64,000 nucleotides of DNA. Source: Styela clava (Eukaryota). The notes under the pieces were generated by a model, which did no database searches, was not told the origin of the DNA, and worked only from the letters and a program-made list of their open reading frames with translations. The stretch is taken from contig NC_135258.1 of assembly GCF_964204865.1 (NCBI RefSeq), positions 15,624,001-15,688,000 of the forward strand. Direction: 5' to 3'. Shown piece after piece: positions 23,392 to 34,619 of the stretch; the stretch's first letter is position 1, and every line of letters begins with the position of its first letter. Both the position numbers and the translations under genes were made by a program.

Positions 23392-26300
23392 ATGTTTCAA
23401 TTCTTCGCTGTATCGGCTCTACTGATGAGCCTAGTAACGGCGCAACAAATCAGCCCTATGGAAGAATATTTGAATAACTTCAGCCCCTTATTAGGAAGTA
23501 AATACACAAATATAATGGACAATCTGAAGCAGCAAGTCCCAAAACCTGCACAATATGGGCAAGGAGAATCTCACGAAGAAGCAACAGCATGTAAGTTTTT
23601 TTTCACTTGACACTTATTTGCAACAAAAACTATATATGTATTTATCCTGATGCTATATAGTATTTATCCTGAAAAGATGGCATGCAGTTTTTAAATTCAC
23701 GTAATAATTATCATTATTTTCTTGTATTCATATAGTAATTGAGAAGCAAGATAACAGTGGTGTGTAGTCGATCCTAAACAATAAAAGTCATCTATTATTG
23801 GTCATCAATGACGAGTGGTCTAGTCTAGGGTTTATTCATTCAATCTTGCAATGCTGAAATCACAAGTTAGGGGCACAGTTCAAGTTCGCGTCATCCACCG
23901 AAGAACACCCTATGACTGTATTATAATTTTTGTTCATCATAAAACTATTATCAGTGAATAGTTCATAACATTTATAACAATCTCCAAATGGTCCTGAATA
24001 GTTTTACCTCCAAAATCGCGTAGGAATCCTTTTCCAGAAAATTGAGCTTATACAACTTAAAAATCACTTTGCGAATCCGAAAATTCAAATCGTATTCGTC
24101 TTTATTTTCAGCCAAATCCGCTAACTTCCAATTCACTGGTTGGACAGACTTCGGAACATGCACAAAAATATGTGGTGGAGGGAGTCGAGCCAGAAGCCGA
24201 TCGTGCTTGAATGAAACTGGGCATCCGGTTACTATCGACAATTGCTTTACTATTGCACCGTCAGGTACTTTTGATCTTTTCAAACTTGTAAAATATGGAA
24301 GCGAGATGATGGAAACAGACGAGGAACTTTGTAACAAACACGAATGCAGTAAGTAATATATATATTCATTTTACTCTAAATCAATTCAATATAAGATAAA
24401 CGAAGTTAGCGGATTCGATTCAATAACTACACTATGTATATTTCCCGTGACTTCTTTGTTCACTTCCGTAGTATTGGCCAATCACCAAGGCGTCAAAAAT
24501 AAAGCAACAGTTGGCAAGCGTTGAGACATTTTTTTCACTCGAACAGTTTATAAGGTAAGGTTGCAAACATTAGCTCCATTTCGGGATGAGTTTTGCTAAT
24601 AATTTGTCAATATTTACTCGTGTTTCAAAAATTTAAACACAATTTAAATAACTCTTTTTGTCCTCCGAAAGGTTTTACTTCAGTTAAAATAACCAAAAAT
24701 TAGTCTCGAAAAAGCGAAATGAAATGGGCTAATATTAACCATCAATACTTCAAATGTCAGGCGGTTTATCATTTTAAATCAAAATGATGATAAGTAAACC
24801 TGCTTGTCAGGGCACACTTACATTCACACACCCATTATCCTTTATTTCACCCAATTATATTATACAGTTACTTAGTTTAAAATATTGGTTGTCAGCACGG
24901 ATATGGTTTTAACATATATCAAAACAATCGCGAGTCTAAGCCTCAGGCCAGATCACATAGGATAAATATTATTGTTAAATTTAAAGCGACCCTTGTGAAT
25001 GACTAAGGATATTTCATGACGATATAAATATTCAGGAAGCCACTCAGTACGACCTATATTCATGAACAAAATCAACCAGAACTTTCGGTATTTTGTGGTT
25101 GCTCATTTACCATATCCCTAGCCATCGGCGTTTCAATAATCGTTCGCGACGTTGATCTGAAGAGATTTCCTTTCTCTTTTAAGTGACTGAATTTGCCCAT
25201 GTATATGTTACATATGATAATGTATTTATTAGCCATAAACACGTTTGATTAGGATACATTATGCGCTATGTGAAGAAATTACTTTAATATATCGTAAAAA
25301 ATTGGCATAACATAACTCTTCAATTAGTGAAATGTTGTAAATGTAGAAGACACCATATATCAGGGGTGCGAAATTTCGATCTGGCCCAACGTAGTCCAAT
25401 AATGTGCAAAACTAGCTACATATACCTCAAACTCACCCATCCCATAAATATATGTCGAGACAAAACAGGAAAATTAGAAATTCTTTTTGAATTATAAACT
25501 CAGATTCAAAACATTTAATCAATACAGTAATCAATACACCCATTTACTTAGCTCTGGGTCAACGCCAACGTCATTGAATGAACAAATTTCGTAATAAGTA
25601 ATATTCTTACTGTCACGAACCAATCAAGTTACCCTTGACGCAAATCAAGGCATATCGACACACAAAGAAAGTATATATTCTCGCTATGTTGTAAATGTTA
25701 TTTTTGATTCGCCCTCAGGTGTTTCAGAATGGATTCTTCAAAAGTCTTGCTCTCAAAAATGCGGAGGAGGGGTTATGACGTATTCAAGAACTTGTTACGA
25801 TTCCATGGATCAAAACAATTGTAATTTTGAAAGCACAAAACTAGTTCCATGCAACAAAGATCCATGCTGTAAGTTTTTGGTTATATTCCGTAATATTATG
25901 CTTATTCGATTTTATTCTCAATGAATATATTTTTTATTCTCTTTATTTTTAGTTATTGCTTTCATTCGAATGTTTTTGATATAAACTTTTCTGTCTTGAA
26001 CAACTATTTGTTATATACTTTATTTAGCAAAACCAGATAAATTACAATTAGAAAATTAATTAAAACTCAGAATACAAATTGTCTTTGTGGTTTTCAATGA
26101 CCTTCATCAGCATGACCTTTAATTTGAAAACTCCGGTATAAATAATCTATAGCAATTGAAATGATAATACTTTCGTGACGATTGCACTAGTTAATTGAAC
26201 CTGAGCTTATTTAATTTTGCAATATAATTGGTTTTTTACGGAAAGTTTCAGTCGGGAGGCAGTAATTAAACATCCTGATCGTATTTTCCACTGTTTTAGT

Positions 26301-29300
26301 TCGCGTCGGAAAATGGCAAGAATGGAGTCGCTGTACAGCGCCATGTGGCGGAGGAAGATCATCGAGAAAAAGAAACTGTGAACCAAACGTGCCAATACAT
26401 TCTCCGTTATACGGCGAACTTGCTTATGCGCTTGAACACGTATCAAAGCCTGCGGTATTGAGGTACACTTTGCTTTTCAGTTATCCAGCATTAAAATTGT
26501 ATTTCTAAAGTTACGTAAAATAGTGCTGAATTAATCGTTGGAAATTGAAAAAGTAGCGCTCTATGTTTTCTTTTGAAGATTCTTGAGTCAATTAACGGTC
26601 ATAAAACATTCTTCTATTTCATTACATTAAAACGTTAACTAAAGTTCAAACATATTGGCCTGTTATATGTATATCTAATATCGACATTTGTTTGCGTAAA
26701 TAAAAATCTTGTGAGTACATGCTGGAACTTGTGAAATTGTTTTCTCAAATATGTTACACCTATGACCGGAATTCTTCAGTCTTTTCAATAATATCATGAA
26801 TTGGAGTCTTTGTGTTATTAATTCCATAACAGCACAGCATCATTTCATTATATTCTTCATTGATTCATGTGGATGTATTTCACAAATATGCCTGATTTAA
26901 AATGAACTTTTATTGCCCAATTTTTTGTGTATTAATTTGATTTTCCAATTTCAGGTCAATCGATCATGAGAATGAAGTTTATTATTTCTCTCAATACCTG
27001 ACGTCGTGTGGAGCACACATGGTCCAATCCAGATTCTGTAATGCCGGAAATTGTCCATGTATGTCGATTGTAATGATTTAATTAAAAAATTAGCTTTGAT
27101 GGCTGTTGTGACAGTTTATTTTATTTAACCAAAAGTATGGCTGTAAGGAACTAAAACGCATCTTAACCTAAACACAAGAACATGCAACATAATTACTTTG
27201 AGTCACAAAGTATAGCCAAACTCACTCGGACCACGTCTAATACTCGTAACTAAAGCAGTAAGGCGGATGAAGTCCGTTGTCGCTTGACGATAATCAGTGA
27301 TCACAACACAAAGAACAATATTATAATAATGACAGAATATAAACAAAAGATCACAACGTGTAGCACACTGCAACAGGAATAACTGAACTTATTTTCATAA
27401 CAGTGGCTTAAATTTATCAAAAGGATTTTATTGCTTATTAAGCAGTTATTTGCTTGCTTTTTAACATTCGCCGTGTTTTCTGAGTTACCGAATTGTATAT
27501 ACTAATTCCAATGTGCAAAGCTTCTTCGATGTAATTGTGAAATGATTAACGGATACGTTATTTTTTTTTGTATATTTTATGTTAATACGCATCTCATTTC
27601 AGAGGATTTAAAATTTTATTTAATGAAAAAATTATTTTTAACTCAACATATAATTTGCACTGGTTATTTTTCTTCATTCGAAATACACAGCTTGCCCAAT
27701 GAATCAAATGTATCAGGCGTGTAAACCATGTACAAGAATATGCAAAACAATGGATATTACAAATTTTCGTAATATCCAAATAAAACTGCCAAAAGTTACT
27801 TACAACCCCAACGGTTGTGGAGGGATCTGTATTCCGGGTTGTGGATGTCCCGCGCACACTCCTCTTTTAGGATCTGATGGCGGTTGCTACGCGTGAGTAC
27901 ATTTTTAGTGCTGTATTTTTTGTAGAAAATTAGTAAATGTCACCAGAGCACTAGAGAAGATTCGAAGGTTTGTATGGAATATTAGATAATTTGATACTTC
28001 CGAAGTATGTGAACCAAGATGGCGGACACCGGAACGTAGTATGTGTGCCAGGTTAGGTTTAGGTCATAATTTCAGGTACAAATACTACGGGAGTCACTTG
28101 GCTAGTCCCCGAACTCGTAATAGAACTAAAATAAGGAAAATTGGAATAAAATTATGGCCTAACCCTAACCTGGTACACATACTACGTTCCGGCGTCCACC
28201 ATCTTGGTTCACATACTTCGGAAGTACCGATAATTTTTGGTCGCGGAAATTTATTATTGAACACGAAATGTACATATCAATCGTTTTGTTAATATTGTTC
28301 TTCTTGTTGGTATTTTTCTTGTTGTAAAAATTCGCTTTTCACTAGTACTAAACTACTAAACCAAGTACTTTGAAATTTCCCGTTAATCCTATGATATATT
28401 TCACCCAAATTTTCGATGTTTAATTTTTATTTCTGGGAACACGGTTTTTATTCCGCCAAGCGTGGCGGCTGCCATGCGAAAGTTTTTTCGATATCGGCAA
28501 CGCACTGTAGGCTGTTATTTCGTGTCCATATACCTTAGCATTGCTCTCTTGTTTCATAGACATTCAATTCAGCCTGTGATATACTACCTAGTGGTCGCAT
28601 TTCAAATTTTACATTGAGTCGCCATGGTTATTCCTTGAGCATTTGTCTCATTGTCCGTTACTATGTATTGTGAAAGATAATTAGATCTCATTATTTCACT
28701 GTAGAATATTGAGCATCCAATCAAGAATGATTCTTTTACCAAATTTTTAGGATGGATTTCTTTTGTCCACAAAATCATCTTACACCTGCCCAAAAAACAG
28801 AGATGATGCTGAGAATGATCATGGAACGCAGAAGAACAACTCCTGCTCCAGCCACCACCAACAAACCGAGCTATTACCAACGGGCTCTGTCAACGAAAAA
28901 GACCACAACAACACCGGCGATACCCGCAACTGCAAAACCAAAGGCAGCCTGTCCTAAAAATATTCTCATTACCCATGACTTTGACCATTGTGGTATGTAA
29001 ACATGCGACATTTTTAGATCGAGTTTTGTTCGCCGTATTTCCTATAATAATAGGAAAAATATTAATTTCCATCGATGTTGAATATTTGATAAGATTTAGA
29101 TGCAAACAAGTAGTCTAGGTAACCATTATGCGGCTGCAATTTATTTTTAGTTGCAATGTTAACAATTAACACACTAAATAAGATTAGTATATATATACAA
29201 CATTTTTATAAAAAAAAATTTGCATTGTTTTCGTTATGATCACTATACTGCTATAGAAAGATTTGACATCAAGTCATTTCTTCAGAAAATATATATAGTA

Positions 29301-30579
29301 TGGATAAGTAGTAAAATTTAGGTAATGTTTGCATTTTCCTCAACCCACAGAATGACAAGGAGATTAACCCAATGAATGAGGTGCAAAAGTGCTGCTTGGC
29401 AAGAAGCATATAAAAACTCAGCGCCTCTTTAACGAAGAATTTGGAATTAATTCGGATTTGGATGTTTTCCTCAAAGCGTCCGCTTCTTGGTGTTCCTGAT
29501 CTTTGTGCATCAACTACAGATCCAGTTTCCCAAAAATTACGATGAATTTCATAAATTGTTCATCGTGTAGTAACCGAATTAATTCCCAATTTTCTGTTAG
29601 GAGGCGCTGAGTTTGCCTTACTGGTTTATATATGCTTCTTGCCAAGTAGCAACTTTTGGGTTAATCTCCTTGTCATTCTGTGGGTTGATTAAAAATGCAA
29701 ACAATACCTAAATTTTACTACTTATCCTAACTATATATATTTTCTGAAGAAATGACTGGATCATGACTGTCAAATCCTCCTTTAGCACTATAGTGATCAT
29801 AACGAAAACAATGCAATTTTTTTTTTATAAAAATGTTGTATATATATATATATATATATATAAACTGTTAACATGTTTCCTGAAGAAATGAACGCTCTAT
29901 GATGAGTACCTGAAATGCAAATCAAAATTAAAAGTGTACACATACTCATGAAACATCCTGTATATAGAGCGAATTGTAACGAAATCGAAGGAGTAGGGTT
30001 TATACACTCATGCGAGACAACCAACATAATAATTACTATAGCATAATGGTAATGTCTGAAAAAATAATATAGACTTATTTTCACATAGAATGCAGAGGAG
30101 AAAAACAAGTCTACGATTGCCTTACAAATAAGAAATGTCCGTTTATGTGCATGGACGCGCCGAGTAAGTATAATGTGTGCGTTTGATGTCTTCTAAAATT
30201 CATATCTTCTGCCGGATAAATTACGAGTTAATTAGACTTTTAAATTATGTCCACATTATTGTTTAAACTTATTGCATTTAAACTTAACTATGAGCCCATA
30301 TAATCTATGCTTGTATTTTCCATCTATAAGACGAATAACAAACACGTGTCTTATATTTTAAATCCTATTAAATCAATACCCAGATTTGAAACATGTGTCA
30401 AAGTTTACGCCTATGTTCTTTTTTTTATAGCTTGCCCCGATGCCAAATCTCCTCGATTGAAGTCAATTTCCAACGAATGTCAGAATTATCAGAAATGTAA
30501 TATAAACAGTGACTGCGCAGAAGGATCAGTATGTTGTGATATCTGTGGTGGAAGATGTTTGAAGCCAGCAGTTTATTAG
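23392..30579 (+). CDS. Secreted modular protein: signal peptide, 3x thrombospondin type-1 repeat, TIL domain, Thr/Pro-rich linker, 6-Cys module, WAP domain (506 aa, 9 coding exons)
   Basis: Exons 23392-23590, 24112-24348, 25719-25868, 26300-26462, 26955-27058, 27691-27892, 28751-28992, 30089-30163, 30431-30579 (TAG); total 1521 nt, all phases consistent. N-terminus MFQFFAVSALLMSLVTA|QQ is signal-like. TSR motifs: WTDFGTCTKICGGGSRARSRSC, EWILQKSCSQKCGGGVMTYSRTC and WQEWSRCTAPCGGGRSSRKRNC. TIL has 10 Cys (CPMNQMYQACKPCTRIC...CGGICIPGCGCP...CYAMDFFC). WAP has 8 Cys (CPDA...C..KCNINSDCAEGSVCCDICGGRC). AATAAA at about 30855. Confidence 0.9.
27992..28229. mobile_element. MITE with about 78-bp TIRs containing telomere-like cctaaccctaacc, 6-bp TSD
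   Basis: tgatacttccgaagtatgtgaaccaagatggcggacaccggaacgtagtatgtgtgccaggttaggtttagg... pairs with ...cctaaccctaacctggtacacatactacgttccggcgtccaccatcttggttcacatacttcggaagtaccg. TSD ataatt (27986-27991 and 28230-28235). Lies in intron 6 of the TSP1/TIL/WAP gene. Confidence 0.9.
28254..28553 (+). mobile_element. Second DINE-1/HINE-like copy (internally deleted)
   Basis: ttattgaacacgaaa ... tttcgtgtccata subTIRs; shared core (aatcgtttt..atattgtt; ggtttttattccgccaagcgtggcggctg); 3' agcattgctctcttgtt. A further 3'-end fragment is visible at about 52100-52143. Confidence 0.65.
29198..29838. repeat. Long inverted repeat/foldback (arms about 29198-29455 and 29574-29838) flanked by (TA)n
   Basis: The left arm caacatttttataaaaaaaaatttgcattgttttcgttatgatcactata...caacccacagaatgacaaggagattaaccc...ggaattaattcgg is the reverse complement of the right arm apart from a few indels. 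Spacer about 120 bp. Lies in intron 7 of the TSP1/TIL/WAP gene. Confidence 0.95.
29839..29862. repeat. (TA)n microsatellite
   Basis: About 12 TA units directly after the right arm of the foldback. Confidence 0.9.
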
Positions 30580-31948
30580 GTAAGGTTGCCGGTTGAAGTG
30601 ATCCAAGTTCGTGATTGAAATCCGTAAAACAATCTCTAACATTGTTTATATTATAATGTGCAATGGAATTATATATCTTACATATTGCTTTTGTCAGGAA
30701 GTCTTAGTAATGACTAATCTTTTTTGTTTCTGGCCATTTCATTAATTTCAATGATTTATATACTTGTGTTTCAAGTTTATAGACTATACACTACCAATGT
30801 TCAACAACAATGGTTTTTTTATTTTACTTCACTTTGAATACGTTCACCACGAAAAATAAATTGGTGTTCAATTGGCCTCCGGCCCCATGTTTCAAAACTA
30901 TTGGGTAGATATATATCACTTTCGCCGTTTATGCTAATAAGTTTTCTGCATTAGGGTCTGTATATGTTAGTCTTACGTACACAAAAAAATTGTTAGGACT
31001 TGACTACTGTATATTTAACATGATATAACTAATTAACTAATTATCTTCCCTTCGCTTATTTTTGGACTCTTTATTCCTCACTAGGCATGAAAACTACTTT
31101 AATAAATCCTCACCAAGTGTTTTGCGCGAGTCTCACCCACGCTTTTGTAGAGTTTAAGTAGTTTATGTATGCATAAACGTGGGTCTGGGATAAAACTGGG
31201 ATTTCTTTATGTTTAGGCTGTTGATGGGCGCTAGATGCTTTCAGTCACTTCTTTCCATTGTTTTATTGGCCTTTGCTATTGCATTGGTTACTTTCACATT
31301 CCCATTCACTAAATGATGAAATATGTTTTACAGGTTTCGACGGTGACGATTTTCGACAATCTCCGCCATTATGAATTGTGTATAATACGCTGATTTGACC
31401 ACTTTCATTATTCGCTGTTGATAACAATTGATATATATATACATACCGTTTCGTTGTAAATGATCTATTGCTGTCAAGCAAGGTCTTGCTAAAACTGCCT
31501 CTTGGTTGTAATTCTAATTCAACAAAACAATAGTCTTGAAAACAAATTTTCAGTTCATTGTTTGTAACTATTATGTAATATCCAGTGCTCAAATCGTCAT
31601 AATGTGTATATTAAATATGTTAGTCAGCAAAACAAACTTCGTTGTCTTCATATGTATTTATTTATATAATCATTGCAGTGAGGTGCAAACGTTGCTGGCT
31701 GCTGGGTGTTTGGCGAAGGTGGCACCTTAGATAAAAAATTGGAAGAGCAAATTGACCTCCTTAAAAAGTAATTCAGAAGGCGCTGACACCAATCGCATTT
31801 GAAATGATGCGGATCAAGAATAGGTAGTGCAGGAAATGTATAGCATAAAACACCTTTCGGTTTGGGTCAACAAAGTCGCAAGAAAATAACTAACAGGGTT
31901 ATTCGAAATACGAATGATCTTCATTACACTGCAAAGCATAGTCTACCT

Positions 31949-32704
31949 CAGGGCTACTCAACTATTTTCACCAAAGGTCCGTTTACAAAACTTCAAAATT
32001 ACTGGGGTCCGGACATTTCAGAAAATTTATTAATTAAATACAAGAGCAATGAATAGCTCACCAATATGTTTACACATGTCGCACATCGGGGCACCAGTAC
32101 GGCAACTGTATAGATGTTTTCCCGAGCATCGTTTTCTTTGTTGATTTCCGTAACAATGACCAATCAGCAAAAAGTCAACGATGACGTATAAGATATTCGA
32201 GCATGGCTGTAAACAAGCCTACTTCTTGCGGATTCGCGTGCTATTTGTCAGTTTTTGGTTGTGTTTCTGAAAATAAGTTGTAAATGAAGTATTGTAATTT
32301 TTATTATGTCTTCCGATAAGCTTTAGTTTAGTTACAATAATCAAAAATGAGTCCCGGGAAAGCTGCGATAGACTATGCTTAAATGAGCGTGTAAGCGGCA
32401 CGCGGTTGTATATTTTCATAAAAATAATGGTTTTGAGCATGTAAATCAGTTTGTAATGTCAACTCTCTGAAACATTCGCAAAATACGCATTCAAAATTTT
32501 GCAATAGTTAAGTATAGGGGGAACGTGTCTGAGGTCAAAGGTCGGGGAAACATCCTATGGATCTTTCCATCATGTGTATGTAAATAATATCAAAATCATC
32601 TGAAATTATAAAACGACGCTTGTGCAGCCAAAATAAACAAGCAGACGCGGTCCAAACTGAATGGTCAGAAGGTCCGGATTCGGACCGCCAGTTGAGTAGC
32701 CCTG
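31949..32704. mobile_element. hAT MITE, 756 bp
   Basis: Perfect 15-bp TIR cagggctactcaact ... agttgagtagccctg. Degenerate 8-bp TSD gtctacct/gggtacct. Subterminal ggtccg repeats. Confidence 0.85.
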
Positions 32705-34432
32705 GGGTACCTCTTCACAGCAAACCACGTATTTTATTGAATTCAAACTCGTGTGGAATCGTTGAGGTTATTTGTGCACGATTTTTCAACTTGCTTTTGT
32801 AGTGCTTCAACTCATGTGACCCTCCGCATTTTGCTTCTTCCAGCTTACTTTATTACTATTCAGTGTACATTGCTCACTTAGCTTTTACCGTTTCTGATTA
32901 ACCGCGTTGAATATCCACAACAATACAGTCAATCGTACATGTTCTATGTGATTAAGGTTCCAGATAAAACTATTATAAAACTTTCAATTTGGTTTCATAG
33001 TTGATTTCAAGAGAGTTAATTGTTAGGTTCAACAGTATAACAACGGGAATAGGCGTACCAATCCAACAGTAGGATAACGTCGCTTTGATGTCACGCCACG
33101 TCGATACTCCGAATAAGACCAAAGTCCATCTAAGGTGAGGCTCCAAAATAAAATATCGCTGATATATCATCTTAAGTATTGACTAACAAACACTCCAAAA
33201 TTGTTGTGTAACATTTACACCATTAGTGCCATAAACAGCGCCGTGTGAACTCGTCGTTAAATTTCAACACGGTGTGTATCTTTTTATAAATTTTAAACAC
33301 TTGGCAAATAATGGTATCTTCAAAACTGTTTTTCTTGAAAAACTCGTTGCCTATCGACTCGGTATTACCACACGCTGTCGCTTAAGAGTCGCCATTATCA
33401 GATGCTTTTCGATCACGAAGAGAGCCAATCGAATTATTCAGACCAAATTCAAAATTGCCCTGATGTAACCCTGCTAAACTATTGTTCGATTCAAGATCTC
33501 TTGACGACCATCGTCACTCATTATACACAGATAATAGATAGAGCAGCAACAACAATATGGAATGTAATCTAAGCGACATTTCCGCACCGCTCTTTATAAT
33601 ATTGTGATTTTAATTTCGCACATTTAATTTTATTTAGATATTTTAGGTATAGTTATTTTTGAGCGTTCTTGTTTGCATTCAGTTTTGTCACATTGTTGGG
33701 TATGCCGATTAGAAAACTAAATCCTGATATAGAATGTATAATTAGAAATACACCTTTGGGTCAATAATTAATAGTTCACTCAGCGCTCCGTGATCTAAGT
33801 CATGAATTTAGAGTAGTTCGCGGTATATTTAAACCAAGTTAGGACTTAAAAACTAAATATAAAGGCATGTTCAAATACTGGATAATGTAACTACCTGATA
33901 TTAGTGGCTGCAACTTTGAAAACGAGTTGTCAATGCTACCATGGAACCTAAAGTAACCGAAACGTCAGACGATGGTATAATTACTTTGTAACACGAGTTA
34001 TTTTTGTGAAAATTACATTTGGTGACGTAGTGGGGTGGAGAAGTTTGCTAATCACAAATATCGTGATGAGAAAAGATAATACTTGGTTTCGAAACATACG
34101 AAGAAGTTACTCGAGTACAAAAGGCGGTGTCAAAATCAGGCGACTTCGACATCTAGGCAGGTGATATTGTCGTATGGTGAATGTTATTACCGGGCAGCAA
34201 TTCGAATGAAAGCTAAAGAAGGTCGGAAACATTATAATAAAACCCGTACAGTTTCCCTGTCAGAAGTTAAGTAGCGCACATAATATTTGGTAGCTTTTAC
34301 GCTGTGTAGGACATTGGCGCAGTCTAGGATAAATATAGTATACCAATGCAGCTGACCGTTGATTTCAGAGCTAAGACGGAATAGGATGGCTATTATCGCA
34401 GTACGGACAAAATTGTAAAAGGCTTCAAAGTA

Positions 34433-34619
34433 GGTGACCGTACATTTGAACCCATGTACATTTGAACCCATGCGTATATCCACGGGTTCAATCTATATGC
34501 GGGTGCTAAAACCCATGGGTTAGGGTTAGTATGGGTTCAACTATCCGTGAAACAAAAAAAATTCCATAGGTGCAATAGCATACAGGTGCAATTGTCATGG
34601 GTTCAAATGTAATGGAACC
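34433..34619. mobile_element. MULE/Mutator-like MITE, 187 bp
   Basis: TIRs ggtgaccgtacatttgaacccatg ... catgggttcaaatgtaatggaacc. Perfect 9-bp TSD ttcaaagta (34424-34432 and 34620-34628). Repeated tacatttgaacccatg units and an internal ggttagggttag motif. Superfamily is inferred from TSD length. Confidence 0.8.

Noticed and set aside
31100-33520. Minus-strand stretches that read vaguely protein-like (ORF 31263-31592 with an acceptor-like site; 33200-33520)
   Set aside because: Multiple stops and frameshifts, no recognisable family and no phase-consistent exon chain could be built. Possibly a very old pseudogene, but unsupported.
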